Assembly (NCBI GenBank): GCA_034094395.1
Contig: JAXEAK010000052.1
Coordinates: 3,557 to 67,556 of the forward strand
Source: Faecousia sp.
GTDB taxonomy: Bacteria; Bacillota; Clostridia; Oscillospirales; Oscillospiraceae
DNA: 64,000 bases
Direction: 5' to 3'
Made by a program: the position numbers and the translations under genes
Shown here: in pieces, positions 16,841 through 26,993 of the stretch
Layout of the letters: every line of letters begins with the position of its first letter
Numbering within the stretch: the first letter of the stretch is position 1
Notes under the pieces: generated by a model
What the model saw: only the letters and a program-made list of their open reading frames with translations
What the model was told of the DNA's origin: nothing
The model's database searches: none

Positions 16841-17842
16841 ATGCAGATCACAAAACCAGATTATTTTGACCGGTTCCGCTGTCTCGCGGGCAGTTGTCCG
16901 GACAGCTGCTGCAGGGAATGGGAGGTGCAGGTGGACGAGGATGCCGCCGTCCGTTACCGGGCGCTGCCCGGTGTCCTCGGAGACGACCTGCGTGCCGCCC
17001 TGCGGGACGCGGACGGGGAAACCTTCCTGACTCTGTCCGGCGGCCGCTGTCCCATGTGGCGGGAAGACGGCCTTTGCCGAATTCAAGCGGAAGTGGGGGA
17101 GGCCGACCTGTGCAGAACCTGCCGGGAGTATCCCCGGCTGACCCATGACTATGGGGACTTTCAGGAGTTGGGGCTGGAACTGAGCTGCCCGGAAGCTGCC
17201 CGGCTAATTCTTCAGGGCGGCAGCTTCCTTACGGAGGAAGTCCCTGGCTCCGGCGCAGCGGAATACGACGGGGATGCCATGGTGCTGCTGAAGGACTCCC
17301 GCCGTCAGGTAATGGCACTATTGGACGGCACCCGCCCCATTGGCCGGACGCTGGCGCTGGTGCTGCTCTACGGCTGTCAGGTGCAGGGGGAACTGGATGG
17401 GGGAGAAGCCGCCCATTTTGATCCGGAGGCAGCGCTGGCTACGGCTGAGAAATTGGCTCAGCCGGGAGAGACCGGAAAATTTCTGTCCGTTTTTCAGTCT
17501 CTGGAAATACTGACCCACCGGTGGAAGGTGCGTCTGCGCCATCCGGAGCCGGGAGACTGGGATCCGCGCACACTGCTGCTTGCCCGGTACTTCGTCAGCC
17601 GTTACTGGCTTCAGGCCGTTTCCGACTACGATCTGTACAGCCGGGTGAAGTTCCTGGTGATCGCCTGCCTGCTGCTGCGGGAACTGGGCGGAGATTTCGC
17701 GGAGACTGCCCAGCTTTTCTCCAAAGAAATCGAAAACGACCCGGACAATATGGATGCGCTGCTGGATGCCGCCTACAACCAGCCCGCCTTCACAGATAGA
17801 AGGCTGCTGGGTATGCTGCTTAGACCGGAGAGTGCCTCCTGA
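16841..17842 (+). CDS. FliB-family (flagellin lysine-N-methylase-like) Cys-rich protein
   Basis: PDYFDRFRCLAGSCPDSCC, CPM..GLCRIQ..LCRTCREYPR, LSCPEAARLIL, FSKEIEN. Confidence 0.8.
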   Translation: MQITKPDYFDRFRCLAGSCPDSCCREWEVQVDEDAAVRYRALPGVLGDDLRAALRDADGETFLTLSGGRCPMWREDGLCRIQAEVGEADLCRTCREYPRLTHDYGDFQELGLELSCPEAARLILQGGSFLTEEVPGSGAAEYDGDAMVLLKDSRRQVMALLDGTRPIGRTLALVLLYGCQVQGELDGGEAAHFDPEAALATAEKLAQPGETGKFLSVFQSLEILTHRWKVRLRHPEPGDWDPRTLLLARYFVSRYWLQAVSDYDLYSRVKFLVIACLLLRELGGDFAETAQLFSKEIENDPDNMDALLDAAYNQPAFTDRRLLGMLLRPESAS

Positions 17843-17874
17843 ACATACACGGATCATCCGTCCAATGGACTTAA

Positions 17875-17906
17875 AAAGCAGATACCCGGTTCGGGTATCT
17901 GCTTTC
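17875..17906. terminator. Bidirectional terminator
   Basis: AAAGCAGATACCCG-gtt-CGGGTATCTGCTTT. Confidence 0.8.
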
Positions 17907-17907
17907 T

Positions 17908-17990
17908 TGGTGCGGGCAACAGGACTCGAACCTGCACGCTCTCGCAGTGGAACCTAAATCCACCGAGTCTACCAATTCCACCATGCCCGC
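17908..17990 (-). tRNA. tRNA-Leu(TAG)
   Basis: 83-nt class II cloverleaf, anticodon arm GTGGA-TTTAGGT-TCCAC, long variable arm, CCA end. Confidence 0.97.
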
Positions 17991-18125
17991 ATATTGGCCG
18001 TTTCATTGTAACACGGAGGCAGGAAATTGTCAACGAAAAGGGTGCTTTCCCGGTAAGAGCGCCGGTTTCCCAAAATCCCGGCGGGTATTTCGGGGCAAAT
18101 CGTACAATTTCTTTTTCCTGTGCCC

Positions 18126-18154
18126 TTGACATTCCGGCAGAGTGCTTGTAAAAT
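18126..18154 (+). promoter_or_regulatory. Sigma-A promoter of rny
   Basis: TTGACA-17 nt-TAAAAT. Confidence 0.75.
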
Positions 18155-18369
18155 AAGCTAGGTATGGTGTACGCTGCCGGGGTAGACTCCGGGCGCGTTT
18201 CATTTTTATCCGGCTTAGCCGGGGTATGCGTTTTCCGCCCAGTGCTGGCGTTTTGCATTTTCCATTCCCGGAGCAGGGCTCCGGCTGGTTGTTGCGCACA
18301 ATTTCACATGGGTAAAAGCGCCACCCCTTCTGCGCCTATTTTATTTAGAAGGAGGTGTGCTTCAAATTT

Positions 18370-19920
18370 ATGGAAGGGATACAGATTTTATTCATCGTCC
18401 TGGGGCTGCTGGTGTGTCTGGCGCTGGGCTTCTTTCTGGGCATCGTCTATCGCAAGAAGGTCGCCGAGCGGGAAATCAGTTCCGCGGAAACCGAGGCGAC
18501 TCGCCTGATTAACGAGGCCATCCGCTCCGGTGAGAACCGAAAAAAGGAAATGCTTCTGGAAGCCAAGGACGAAATCCATAAATCACGCACAGAGTACGAA
18601 AAGGAAGTCAAGGAACGCCGTGCTGAACTGAGCAAGCAGGAGCGTCGCCTGGAACAGAAGGAATCCACCCTCGACAAGAAAACCGAAGCCTTTGAACGCA
18701 AGGAAGAGGAACTGAACAAAAAGCTCCAGAAGGTCACCGAGACCCAGGCGCAGGCGGAAGCCGTCCGTCAGCAGCAGCTGGAAAAGCTGGAGCAGATTTC
18801 CGAGTTGACTCAGGATCAGGCCAAGGAATATCTGCTCAAGAGCGTGGAGGACGAGGTTCGCCACGAGGCTGCCATGAAGATCAAGGAGATCGAACAGCAG
18901 TACAAGGATGAGGCCGATGAGAAAGCCCGTGAGATCATCGCCACCGCCATCCAGCGCTGTGCCGCCGATCACGCCGCCGAGACTACCGTCTCCGTGGTTA
19001 CCCTGCCAAACGACGAGATGAAGGGCCGAATCATCGGCCGGGAAGGCCGGAACATCCGCACGCTGGAGACTATCACCGGCGTGGATCTGATCATCGACGA
19101 CACCCCCGAAGCCATCACCGTCTCCAGCTTCGACCCCGTCCGTCGGGAGGTTGCCCGGCTGGCGCTGGAAAAGCTGATCGTGGACGGCCGGATCCATCCC
19201 ACCCGCATTGAGGACATGGTGGAAAAGGCTCGTAAGGAAGTAGATCGCACCATCCGTGAGGAGGGCGAACGCGCCTGCTACGAGACGGGTGTGCACAATC
19301 TGAACCCCGAACTGGTGAAGATTCTGGGTCGTCAGAAATACCGCACCTCCTACGGTCAGAATGTGCTGAACCACTCCATCGAGGTGGCGCACATCGCCGG
19401 CTTGATGGCTGCGGAACTGGGCGTGGATGTGGCTATGGCAAAGCGGGCAGGCCTGCTGCATGACCTGGGTAAGTCCATTGACCATGAGGTGGAAGGCAGC
19501 CATGTGCAGCTGGGCGCTGATCTTGCCCGGAAGTTCAAGGAGAGTCCCGTCATTGTCAACGCCATTGAGGCGCACCACGGCGACGTGGAGCCGAAGACCG
19601 TCATTGCCGTGCTGGTTCAGGCCGCTGACGCCATTTCCGCCGCCCGTCCCGGCGCCCGCCGCGAGAACGTGGAAAACTATATCCGCCGGCTGCAGAAGCT
19701 GGAGGAGCTGACCGGTTCCTATCCCGGCGTGGAAAAGGCCTATGCCATTCAGGCAGGCCGGGAGGTTCGGATCATGGTCAAGCCGGAGGTCGTCTCCGAG
19801 GACAACATGATCCTGCTCGCCCGGGATGTGGCCAAAAAGATCGAAGCCGAGTTGGAATACCCCGGCCAGATCAAGGTCAACGTCATCCGGGAAACCAAAG
19901 CCGTGGAATACGCAAAATAA
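18370..19920 (+). CDS. rny: Ribonuclease Y
   Basis: TM + coiled coil, KH domain ([14 protein letters not shown]), HD domain (GLLHDLGK), AIQAGRE. Confidence 0.97.
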   Translation: MEGIQILFIVLGLLVCLALGFFLGIVYRKKVAEREISSAETEATRLINEAIRSGENRKKEMLLEAKDEIHKSRTEYEKEVKERRAELSKQERRLEQKESTLDKKTEAFERKEEELNKKLQKVTETQAQAEAVRQQQLEKLEQISELTQDQAKEYLLKSVEDEVRHEAAMKIKEIEQQYKDEADEKAREIIATAIQRCAADHAAETTVSVVTLPNDEMKGRIIGREGRNIRTLETITGVDLIIDDTPEAITVSSFDPVRREVARLALEKLIVDGRIHPTRIEDMVEKARKEVDRTIREEGERACYETGVHNLNPELVKILGRQKYRTSYGQNVLNHSIEVAHIAGLMAAELGVDVAMAKRAGLLHDLGKSIDHEVEGSHVQLGADLARKFKESPVIVNAIEAHHGDVEPKTVIAVLVQAADAISAARPGARRENVENYIRRLQKLEELTGSYPGVEKAYAIQAGREVRIMVKPEVVSEDNMILLARDVAKKIEAELEYPGQIKVNVIRETKAVEYAK

Positions 19921-19922
19921 GC

Positions 19923-19957
19923 AAAACCTGCCGCAGAATTCCTGCGGCAGGTTTTTT
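19923..19957 (+). terminator. Intrinsic terminator of rny
   Basis: AAAACCTGCCGCAG-aattc-CTGCGGCAGGTTTTTT. Confidence 0.85.
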
Positions 19958-20045
19958 CATGCCGTGATCCGGCATCTTTATGCAACGGATCGACTTAAAA
20001 GGGAAAAGCTTGGCTCCCCCACGGAGGGGCGATCATAGAGCAGTG

Positions 20046-20513
20046 TCACCGGATCTTCTTTCCGTCCAGCACGGCCTCTGCCAGTGTGTCCCCGTGGTAG
20101 CGAAGGGTCAGCAGGAAGAAGGGCGCATCCTGCAACAGCAGATCCAGAAAGATCTGATCTCCCTCCCATTTGGGCAGGGCATTCAGGAATTCCCGACTGA
20201 CCCACTGCAGATCGCCCTCCGGGCAGTCCGTCAGGGTGCCCTCAAAGCCGTCTGCGGTGAACAGATACATAAATTCCCCTTCGCAGGTGTCATTCAGGAA
20301 GGTGATTACGCCACGACACCGCCAGCTGGTCAGGGTCAGCCCCGTTTCCTCCCGGGCTTCCCGGAGAAGGCATTCGTCCGGGCTTTCTTCCCCTTCAAAT
20401 TTGCCGCCAATGCCAATCCATTTATCTTTGTTGATGTCATTCTTCTTTTTCACCCGGTGGAGCATCAACACTTCGTCGCCCCGGGTTACATAACACAGTG
20501 TGGTGTTAAGCAT
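20046..20513 (-). CDS. Nudix hydrolase (8-oxo-dGTPase, MutT/MutX-like)
   Basis: GGKFEGEESPDECLLREAREETGL Nudix box; WEGD. Confidence 0.9.
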   Translation of the reverse strand: MLNTTLCYVTRGDEVLMLHRVKKKNDINKDKWIGIGGKFEGEESPDECLLREAREETGLTLTSWRCRGVITFLNDTCEGEFMYLFTADGFEGTLTDCPEGDLQWVSREFLNALPKWEGDQIFLDLLLQDAPFFLLTLRYHGDTLAEAVLDGKKIR

Positions 20514-21405
20514 CGGCTTTCTCCTTCTGAATCAGGCGGATGGCATGGTGCAGGTTCTCCACCTCCACCGTTTCGTGGCCGTCCTCCTTTTCGCCGTCCA
20601 GCGTCCAGGGCATCTCCGGATCCGCCTCCACCCGGATATGCCGGGCTGTGCGGAAGGTAATCACATCGCAGTTATACTCCTGAGACTGCACCGCCCGGAT
20701 GCATTCCGACAGCTCCGTCAGACTCCGGGGCATTCGCACCAGCATCACCTCAAACAATCCGTCGCCCATGTCCACCTGGGTGGGATCCAGCGTCAAAATG
20801 CCGCCGATGGAGGTAGAATTGCAGATAGCGCCGAAAATATAATCGTCCTCCACCACTTCGCCGTCGATCTCCATGCGAATGTGCTCGTTGCGAATTTGGG
20901 ACAATTCGGAGATACCCCCCAGCACATAGGCGGTATGCCCCAAAGCGTTTTTGATATTCTGGGGCACAATGTAGCTGGAGCGGGTAAACGCGCCGAAGGA
21001 CGCCACATAGGCAAAGTACCGGCTGCCGAACCGCCCGGCGTCATAGGCATGGGGCTGCCCCTCCAGAATGTCCTTTGCCGCCTGCAGCGGGTTATGGGAC
21101 AGACCCATGCTGGCGGCAAAATCGTTGGTGGTGCCGGTGGGAATGTAGCCCAGCGGCGTTTCCGCCCCGGCGCGGAGCAGGCCGGTGATGGTCTCGTTCA
21201 GCGTTCCGTCGCCGCCGCAGCAGACCACCAGATCCACGTCCTTTCCACAGGACTGAGCCTTTTTCACGGCTGCCCCCGTGCCGGTGGTCATAAAGGTATT
21301 GATTTCATATCCCGCCTGACTGAACAGCAGCAGGATGTCCGGGAGTACCCGGTTCGCCCGCTTCTGACCGGCAAAGGGGTTCATAATAAAGAGCATCTTT
21401 TTCAT
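20506..21405 (-). CDS. Diacylglycerol kinase family lipid kinase (YegS/DagK)
   Basis: NPFAG, GGDGTLNE, PTGTTNDFA, LDGE. Confidence 0.92.
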   Translation of the reverse strand: MKKMLFIMNPFAGQKRANRVLPDILLLFSQAGYEINTFMTTGTGAAVKKAQSCGKDVDLVVCCGGDGTLNETITGLLRAGAETPLGYIPTGTTNDFAASMGLSHNPLQAAKDILEGQPHAYDAGRFGSRYFAYVASFGAFTRSSYIVPQNIKNALGHTAYVLGGISELSQIRNEHIRMEIDGEVVEDDYIFGAICNSTSIGGILTLDPTQVDMGDGLFEVMLVRMPRSLTELSECIRAVQSQEYNCDVITFRTARHIRVEADPEMPWTLDGEKEDGHETVEVENLHHAIRLIQKEKADA

Positions 21406-21513
21406 CCGAATATCGCCTCATCCTTTCGCAGGATATTATAACATTTCCCCGAAAAATCGCAAGTCAATTCCCGCTTTTGGGGGAAAGTTTACGGTTTCTT
21501 CACAATCCCCGGA

Positions 21514-21726
21514 TTACAGCAGCAAAAAACGCCGGATTCTCTGCTCTCCCCGCTTCAGCGTCCGCTGGACGGTGCTCTTGTTTACATAACGCTCCTGTGC
21601 GATCTGTTCCAGCGTCATGCCCCGCAGATAGTAGGCCTCCACGGTCTGCCTTTGCAGGGGCGTCAGCTCCCGCTCCATGATCTTCTTCACTAACTCCAGC
21701 TTCCGATCAAAGGGTATATTTCTCAC
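21514..21726 (-). CDS. Stand-alone sigma-70 region-4-like HTH protein
   Basis: LTPLQRQTVEAYYLRGMTLEQIAQERYVNKSTVQRTLKRG; GTG start overlapping the upstream gene. Confidence 0.8.
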   Translation of the reverse strand: MRNIPFDRKLELVKKIMERELTPLQRQTVEAYYLRGMTLEQIAQERYVNKSTVQRTLKRGEQRIRRFLLL

Positions 21727-21940
21727 TGCGCCAGTACCCCCTTTCGTAGTAGTGCGCCGTCAGCTCCGCCAGCTCGTTGACCTGAGTAAGCATGGGGGTC
21801 AATTCCGCGATGCGCCGCTTCAGATGAAAAATCTCCTCCGGATCCTCCGCCGCAGCCAGCGCGGCGCGCAGCTCCCGCAGACGATTCCGCAGGGGCACCG
21901 CTGCGTCCCGGTAGGTCTGGCTCAATTCCTCCAGCGTCAT
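21707..21940 (-). CDS. Small helical hypothetical protein
   Basis: GAAAGGAG RBS; MTLEELSQTY..LRNRLRELR..HYYERGY. Confidence 0.7.
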   Translation of the reverse strand: MTLEELSQTYRDAAVPLRNRLRELRAALAAAEDPEEIFHLKRRIAELTPMLTQVNELAELTAHYYERGYWRSEKYTL

Positions 21941-22068
21941 AGTGCGCTCCTTTCGCAGCGAATGCACCAGAGACTGGGCGCGTAACACTCCCCGCCGCAG
22001 CTTGGGCAGAAGCAGGCGGGCTTTGCCGCCTGCGGGTCATAATATAATGTAGATTCCACAACGGACAT
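21937..22068 (-). CDS. 43-aa zinc-ribbon peptide (below the ORF-track cutoff)
   Basis: MSVVESTLYYDPQAAKPACFCPSCGGECYAPSLWCIRCERSAL*; AAGGAAAGGGG upstream; ATGA overlap with the next gene. Confidence 0.65.
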   Translation of the reverse strand: MSVVESTLYYDPQAAKPACFCPSCGGECYAPSLWCIRCERSAL

Positions 22069-22218
22069 CCCCTTTCCTTGGGTTTGTCCTGATTATAGCC
22101 CCTAATCCTGTGCCTGTCCCGCGGACGGCGTTTGACAGTATTTTCACAGGATATCTGCTATCCTATGCTTGACGCTTCCCCCGGTTTCGGATATGATAAC
22201 CGGAAAGGAGGGGCGGCA

Positions 22219-22707
22219 ATGGAAGAAGGATTTATGGAAGAAGCCCTGCGTCTGGCACGGGAAGCCTTCGACGCCGGGGAAGTGCCCGTGGGCTGCGTCA
22301 TCGTTTGTAAGGGCGAGATCGTAGGCCGGGGACGAAACCGCAGGGAAGGGGGCAAGAGCGCCCTGGCCCACGCGGAAATCGAGGCAATCCATGACGCCTG
22401 CCGAAACCTCGGCGGCTGGCGGCTGTGGGAATGCACCCTGTATGTGACTCTGGAGCCGTGTCCCATGTGCGCCGGTGCCATTATCAACGCCCGGATTCCC
22501 AAAGTGGTCTACGGGGCGTCTGACCGGAAGTGCGGTGCGGTACGCTCGGTATGCAGCCTGTTCGACATGAACTTCAACCACCACCCGGAGGTGGTGGCCG
22601 GGGTACTGGAAGCGGAATGCGCCGAACTTCTGACAGATTTTTTCCAGAATCTGAGAATAGAACTGCGGACAAGGCCAAAATGGAAACGTAAATCAGTTGA
22701 TAGTTGA
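22219..22707 (+). CDS. tadA: tRNA adenosine(34) deaminase
   Basis: GEVPVGC, HAEIEAI, TLEPCPMCAGA, FNHH. Confidence 0.92.
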   Translation: MEEGFMEEALRLAREAFDAGEVPVGCVIVCKGEIVGRGRNRREGGKSALAHAEIEAIHDACRNLGGWRLWECTLYVTLEPCPMCAGAIINARIPKVVYGASDRKCGAVRSVCSLFDMNFNHHPEVVAGVLEAECAELLTDFFQNLRIELRTRPKWKRKSVDS

Positions 22708-22808
22708 CAGTTATCGTATCCCTTAGGGATGATGCGTAATGATTCACGCCGCAGATCAGCTCGGGAAACCACCGGTTTTCCCCGATTTCTGACTTTCAAT
22801 TTTCAACT
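22695..22808. repeat. Heptamer-armed palindromic element
   Basis: AGTTGAT/AGTTGAC arms, internal ATCCC-tta-GGGAT hairpin, TTTCAAT/TTTCAAC return arms. Confidence 0.65.
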
Positions 22809-22825
22809 CCAAAGGAGGCGGAGGA

Positions 22826-23815
22826 TTGAAGCAACTCAGTCGTGCCCGACGGGTAGGACTCACCGCTATTGCATGCGCGCTGGTGCTGCGGCTATGGAGC
22901 GACGGCTACGGCGAAAAGCTGGTGCAGCTGGTGACAAGCCCACAGGCCTCCGCCTTCTGGATCTATATGGAAACCGGACGTGACGTCCGGTTTTCGCCGT
23001 CTTTACCGGCTTTTTCGCCGAATTTCATGGAGTCTCCCCCCACTGCGACGGCGCCGCCCACAGAGCCGACTCTTCCATCCTTTTCCGACGCGGACGCGCT
23101 GGAATTATATTACGCTGCAGACGTCAATCCCGACATTTCCGCCCTGCTGGCGCAGCCTCTGGTTTGGAATCTGCGAAGCGAGGAACCCTCGGTGCTGATC
23201 CTTCACACCCACACCACGGAAAGCTACACCCGCACCACGGAAGCCTACCGGGAAACGGCTGCCTGGCGCACAGCGGACGAGCAGTACAATATGCTCTCCA
23301 TTGGGGATGTTGTGGCTGAAATTCTGGAGAAAAACGGAATATCCGTGCTCCATGACCGAACGCTCCACGACTACCCCTCCTACAACGGCTCCTACACCCG
23401 CGCCCGGAAAACAATGCAGGAATACATAAAAGAATACCCCTCCCTCCGGCTGGTGCTGGATCTGCACCGGGATGCGGCAGGGGAGGGGGGGAATCAGATG
23501 CGCACCAGCGCTACGGCGGAAGGGGAGCCTTCCGCCCAGCTGATGCTGGTGATGGGCACCAATTATGAAACCTACACGGAAAATCTGTCGCTGGCGCTGA
23601 AGGTGCAGTCCCAGCTGGAAGCCCAGTGCCCGGGTATCACCCGGCCGCTTCAGCTGCGCGCCGCGCGATTCAATCAGGATCTGTGCCCCGGAGCGCTTCT
23701 GGTGGAGGTGGGAGCGGCAGGAAACACCCACCCGGAAGCCCGCCGCGCCGCGGAACAGTTGGCAAAAGCCATTGTCGCTCTTGCCGATGGCACTGCCGAG
23801 ATCGACTTGTCGTAA
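22826..23815 (+). CDS. spoIIP: Stage II sporulation protein P (autolysin)
   Basis: ILHTHTTESY, YNGSYTRAR, LDLHRDA, FNQDL..ALLVEVG..NT. Confidence 0.9.
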   Translation: MKQLSRARRVGLTAIACALVLRLWSDGYGEKLVQLVTSPQASAFWIYMETGRDVRFSPSLPAFSPNFMESPPTATAPPTEPTLPSFSDADALELYYAADVNPDISALLAQPLVWNLRSEEPSVLILHTHTTESYTRTTEAYRETAAWRTADEQYNMLSIGDVVAEILEKNGISVLHDRTLHDYPSYNGSYTRARKTMQEYIKEYPSLRLVLDLHRDAAGEGGNQMRTSATAEGEPSAQLMLVMGTNYETYTENLSLALKVQSQLEAQCPGITRPLQLRAARFNQDLCPGALLVEVGAAGNTHPEARRAAEQLAKAIVALADGTAEIDLS

Positions 23816-23909
23816 AAAGTATGCCCGGCTCCCCACTGGGGGAACCGGGCATAATCCCTATTTTTGACCGACAGGGTGCGCTTGCTTTGGGTGGGGCATT
23901 TCCCCAGCT

Positions 23910-24290
23910 TTACAGCAGGTTCCACCAGCACAGCGCGTGGGCGTCTCCCACCGCCTGCACCATCTTCGCCGCCCGGGCGCAGGAGGCGGCAAACTCCGCC
24001 TCCTCCCGCTCCAGACGGTTTTGCGCCATGGCTGCCAGCTCCTGAGAGACTTCTTCCGTTGGCGAATGATCCGCAAAACAAGCGCGGAAATGCTCCCATT
24101 TCACCCAGTTTTCCTCCGCTCGCCGGGAAAACTGCTCCGCATGATACCAGTCCCCCAGTTCCGCGCACTCCGCCGCCTGATTCAGGTCGGCGGCAATGGG
24201 GCGGTGAATGCGATCCATGCCCCAGGTCACCGTCAGGCTCACCGCCAGCAGCACCACCAGCAGCACCAGTCCAAACCAGCAGCGTTTCAT
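23910..24290 (-). CDS. DUF4363-like small membrane/secreted protein
   Basis: N-terminal hydrophobic helix, W..A..W..H pattern, ends WNLL; coupled to the DUF421 gene. Confidence 0.65.
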   Translation of the reverse strand: MKRCWFGLVLLVVLLAVSLTVTWGMDRIHRPIAADLNQAAECAELGDWYHAEQFSRRAEENWVKWEHFRACFADHSPTEEVSQELAAMAQNRLEREEAEFAASCARAAKMVQAVGDAHALCWWNLL

Positions 24291-24961
24291 GATTGCTCCT
24301 TTCCCATCCACACCACGTGATCCTGATTGTCCACTGTCAGCAGAAAGGTTGACATAATATCGCTGTTCTGCTGGAGCAGCACCTGCTTCAGCCACGTCTC
24401 GTCCTTTCCAGCCCGGCGCAGGTTTTCCTTCGACAGGAAGCCGTCCTCCACGATGGTCACCGGCAGGTACTGCGCCTTGGCCGGAATGCCCGCATCCTTT
24501 GCCGGCGCGGGCTTCTCCTTGGGGTAGGGGAACACCGACAGGCTTCCGTTGGTTTCCAGAATGGCAAACTGCACCGTGCGGATATCCAGCACGTCCTTCT
24601 CCCGCAGATGTCCGGTCAGTTCGTCCAGCGTAATCCGGGCGCTTCGCAGGTTGTCCTGAAGGATTTTCCCGTTGTCAATGAGAATTACCGGCTTGCCGCA
24701 CAGAAGCTTGCGCAACCGGACGCTGCGCAGAATCGCCCCCGACAGCACCAGTTCCAGCCCAAGTACCGTGAGAATGGGCACCAGCCCGGAATACAGCGGG
24801 ATCGCGCCGTCCTGCATGGGAATTGCCGCCAGATTCGCCACCAGCATGGTGACCACAAATTCCGCCGGCTCCATTTCCCCGATCTGCCGCTTGCCCATGA
24901 GCCGTACCGCGAAAATCAGCACCAGATACAGAAATAATGTCCGAAGATAGGAAAGTATCAT
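24287..24961 (-). CDS. DUF421 (YetF-like) membrane protein
   Basis: RLMGKRQIGEM, GKPVILIDNGKI, AILETNGSLSV. Confidence 0.88.
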   Translation of the reverse strand: MILSYLRTLFLYLVLIFAVRLMGKRQIGEMEPAEFVVTMLVANLAAIPMQDGAIPLYSGLVPILTVLGLELVLSGAILRSVRLRKLLCGKPVILIDNGKILQDNLRSARITLDELTGHLREKDVLDIRTVQFAILETNGSLSVFPYPKEKPAPAKDAGIPAKAQYLPVTIVEDGFLSKENLRRAGKDETWLKQVLLQQNSDIMSTFLLTVDNQDHVVWMGKEQS

Positions 24962-25116
24962 GCTTTCACCTCGGAAGCTAGCCTTCCCCCGGTGGCCGGG
25001 ATTATACAAATCAGCCGAAAAAATGGGACAATCCAATTATTTCGCCTTTTTCCCTTGCTTTCTGGTAGGGGAATGCGTATAATGAAATTATCTCAAACAG
25101 CAAAGGAGAATGCTAC

Positions 25117-26034
25117 ATGGCAAAGAAACCTGTTCTTGTGGTCATGGCAGCCGGTATGGGCAGCCGCTACGGCGGGCTGAAGCAGATCGATCCCGTCGGC
25201 AGTCAGGGCGAGGCAATTCTGGACTATTCCATCTATGATGCCCATCAGGCCGGTTTTGACACCGTTGTGATTATCATTAAAGAGGCCATCAAAAAGGACT
25301 TCATGGACACCGTGGGCAAGCGGCTGGAGAAGGCGCCTGTGGAAATCCGCTACGCCTATCAGGAACTGACCAAGCTCCCTGAGGGCTTTACCGTCCCCGA
25401 AGGCCGGGTGAAGCCCTGGGGTACGACCCACGCGGTGCTATGTGCCAAGGATGCCATCGACGGCGCACCCTTCGCCGTCATCAACTCCGACGACTACTAC
25501 GGCAAGGCAGCCTTCAAGGTGATCTATGACGCCCTGTCCACCATGACCGACCCCTACGGCTACTGCATGGTGGGTTACGAGCTGGGAAAGACCGTCACCG
25601 AGAACGGAAGTGTCGCCCGGGGCGTGTGCCAGATCGACGAAAACGGTTACCTCACCGAAGTCATCGAGCGCACCAGCATCGAAACCTATGAGGGCGGCAT
25701 CCATTATCTGGAAAACGGCGTTTACACGGATCTTGCCCCTGAAACCACCGTTTCCATGAATATGTGGGGCTTCATGCCCAGCTTCCTGGAGGAGATTGGC
25801 AGCCGGTTTGCCGCCTTCCTGAAGGAGGCTGTCCCGGCAAATCCCCTGAAGTGCGAATATTTCCTGCCCCTGCCGGTGTCCCAGCTGATTCAGGAAAAGA
25901 AGGCTACCGTGAAGGTGCTCACCTCCCCGGATCGCTGGTTCGGCGTGACCTACGCCGCGGACAAGCCCGTGGTGGTAGCCGCTCTGAAGGCCATGACCGA
26001 CGAGGGCAAATACCCTGACGGTCTGTGGAAGTAA
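25117..26034 (+). CDS. Sugar-phosphate nucleotidyltransferase
   Basis: VMAAGMGSRYGGLKQ, KPWGT, INSDDYYG, SMNMWGF. Confidence 0.88.
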   Translation: MAKKPVLVVMAAGMGSRYGGLKQIDPVGSQGEAILDYSIYDAHQAGFDTVVIIIKEAIKKDFMDTVGKRLEKAPVEIRYAYQELTKLPEGFTVPEGRVKPWGTTHAVLCAKDAIDGAPFAVINSDDYYGKAAFKVIYDALSTMTDPYGYCMVGYELGKTVTENGSVARGVCQIDENGYLTEVIERTSIETYEGGIHYLENGVYTDLAPETTVSMNMWGFMPSFLEEIGSRFAAFLKEAVPANPLKCEYFLPLPVSQLIQEKKATVKVLTSPDRWFGVTYAADKPVVVAALKAMTDEGKYPDGLWK

Positions 26035-26087
26035 AATTTCCATAAAGAAGCCCGGAAACGACCATAGGTCGTTTCCGGGCTTTGCAT

Positions 26088-26103
26088 TGTTTCACGGGAA
26101 ACA
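26088..26103. promoter_or_regulatory. parS site (1 mismatch)
   Basis: TGTTTCACGGGAAACA versus consensus TGTTTCACGTGAAACA. Confidence 0.7.
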
Positions 26104-26114
26104 TTCGCGGTTGG

Positions 26115-26990
26115 TTATTTTGACCCCATGAGGATCTTTGCCAGATCGGAGTTGGCGTCCAGAATCACGGTCTTTTCGCTACCGTCCAGACTGGCCTTCA
26201 GCGCGTCCAGCGCCAGGGTAAATTCATAGAATTCCTGCTTATCCTTGCTGTCGTAAGCCTCGGCCAGCAGGCGCATATATTCCTGTTCGCCCTCGGCTTC
26301 CCGCTTGGCGGCCTCCGCCTGGGCGTCGGAAACCATGATGTTCACCTTTTTGTCTACGTCGTTGCGGATGATAGAGGCTTCATAGTTGCCGTCGGCGGTG
26401 TACTTTTCCGCCATCTGGTTCCGCTCTGAGATCATCCGCCCGTAAACCGCGTTCAGGTTGCTTTCCGGCAAATCAAACTGCTTGATCTTCACATCCTCCA
26501 CCCGGATGCCGTAGGTTTTCGCCAGAGTGTTCACATCGGAGGCGATGTTGCCGTAGATGTCGTTGCGCTTGGCGCCGTCTTCCATGTTGATGATGTCCGC
26601 CTGTGCGAGGGTACCCATGACGGTTTTCAGCTCGTTGTAGGTCAGCGCATCCAGTCGCTGCTCCGCTACGGACGTAGAGCCAAGAGTCTGGTAGAACAGC
26701 TTGGGATCGGAGATGCTCCACAGAATGTAGCAGTCCACGGTCATATTCTGCTTGTCCGAGGTAAGCACCTCAGACGGCGGAATGTCATACAGCTGAGTCG
26801 CTTTGGAAAAATACTTTACCGTGTCGAGGAACGGCACCTTGAAGTGCAGACCTGCCTGATCGGTGGTGTCGATAATCTTGGAGAACCGCACCGTGCAGGC
26901 ATACTCATTCTCCTGCACAGTGAAGCAGGCGCCCGCCAGCAGCACCGCCGCCAGCACCAGCACCACTATCAAAATTCCTCTTTTTTTCAT
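26115..26990 (-). CDS. hflC: FtsH modulator HflC (SPFH domain)
   Basis: GLHFKVPF, YGRMISER, EFYEF; follows hflK. Confidence 0.9.
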   Translation of the reverse strand: MKKRGILIVVLVLAAVLLAGACFTVQENEYACTVRFSKIIDTTDQAGLHFKVPFLDTVKYFSKATQLYDIPPSEVLTSDKQNMTVDCYILWSISDPKLFYQTLGSTSVAEQRLDALTYNELKTVMGTLAQADIINMEDGAKRNDIYGNIASDVNTLAKTYGIRVEDVKIKQFDLPESNLNAVYGRMISERNQMAEKYTADGNYEASIIRNDVDKKVNIMVSDAQAEAAKREAEGEQEYMRLLAEAYDSKDKQEFYEFTLALDALKASLDGSEKTVILDANSDLAKILMGSK

Positions 26991-26993
26991 GGC

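Noticed and set aside
16841-17842. Evidence of a flagellar locus from the FliB-like gene
   Set aside because: No flagellar genes nearby; this family commonly occurs as orphans.
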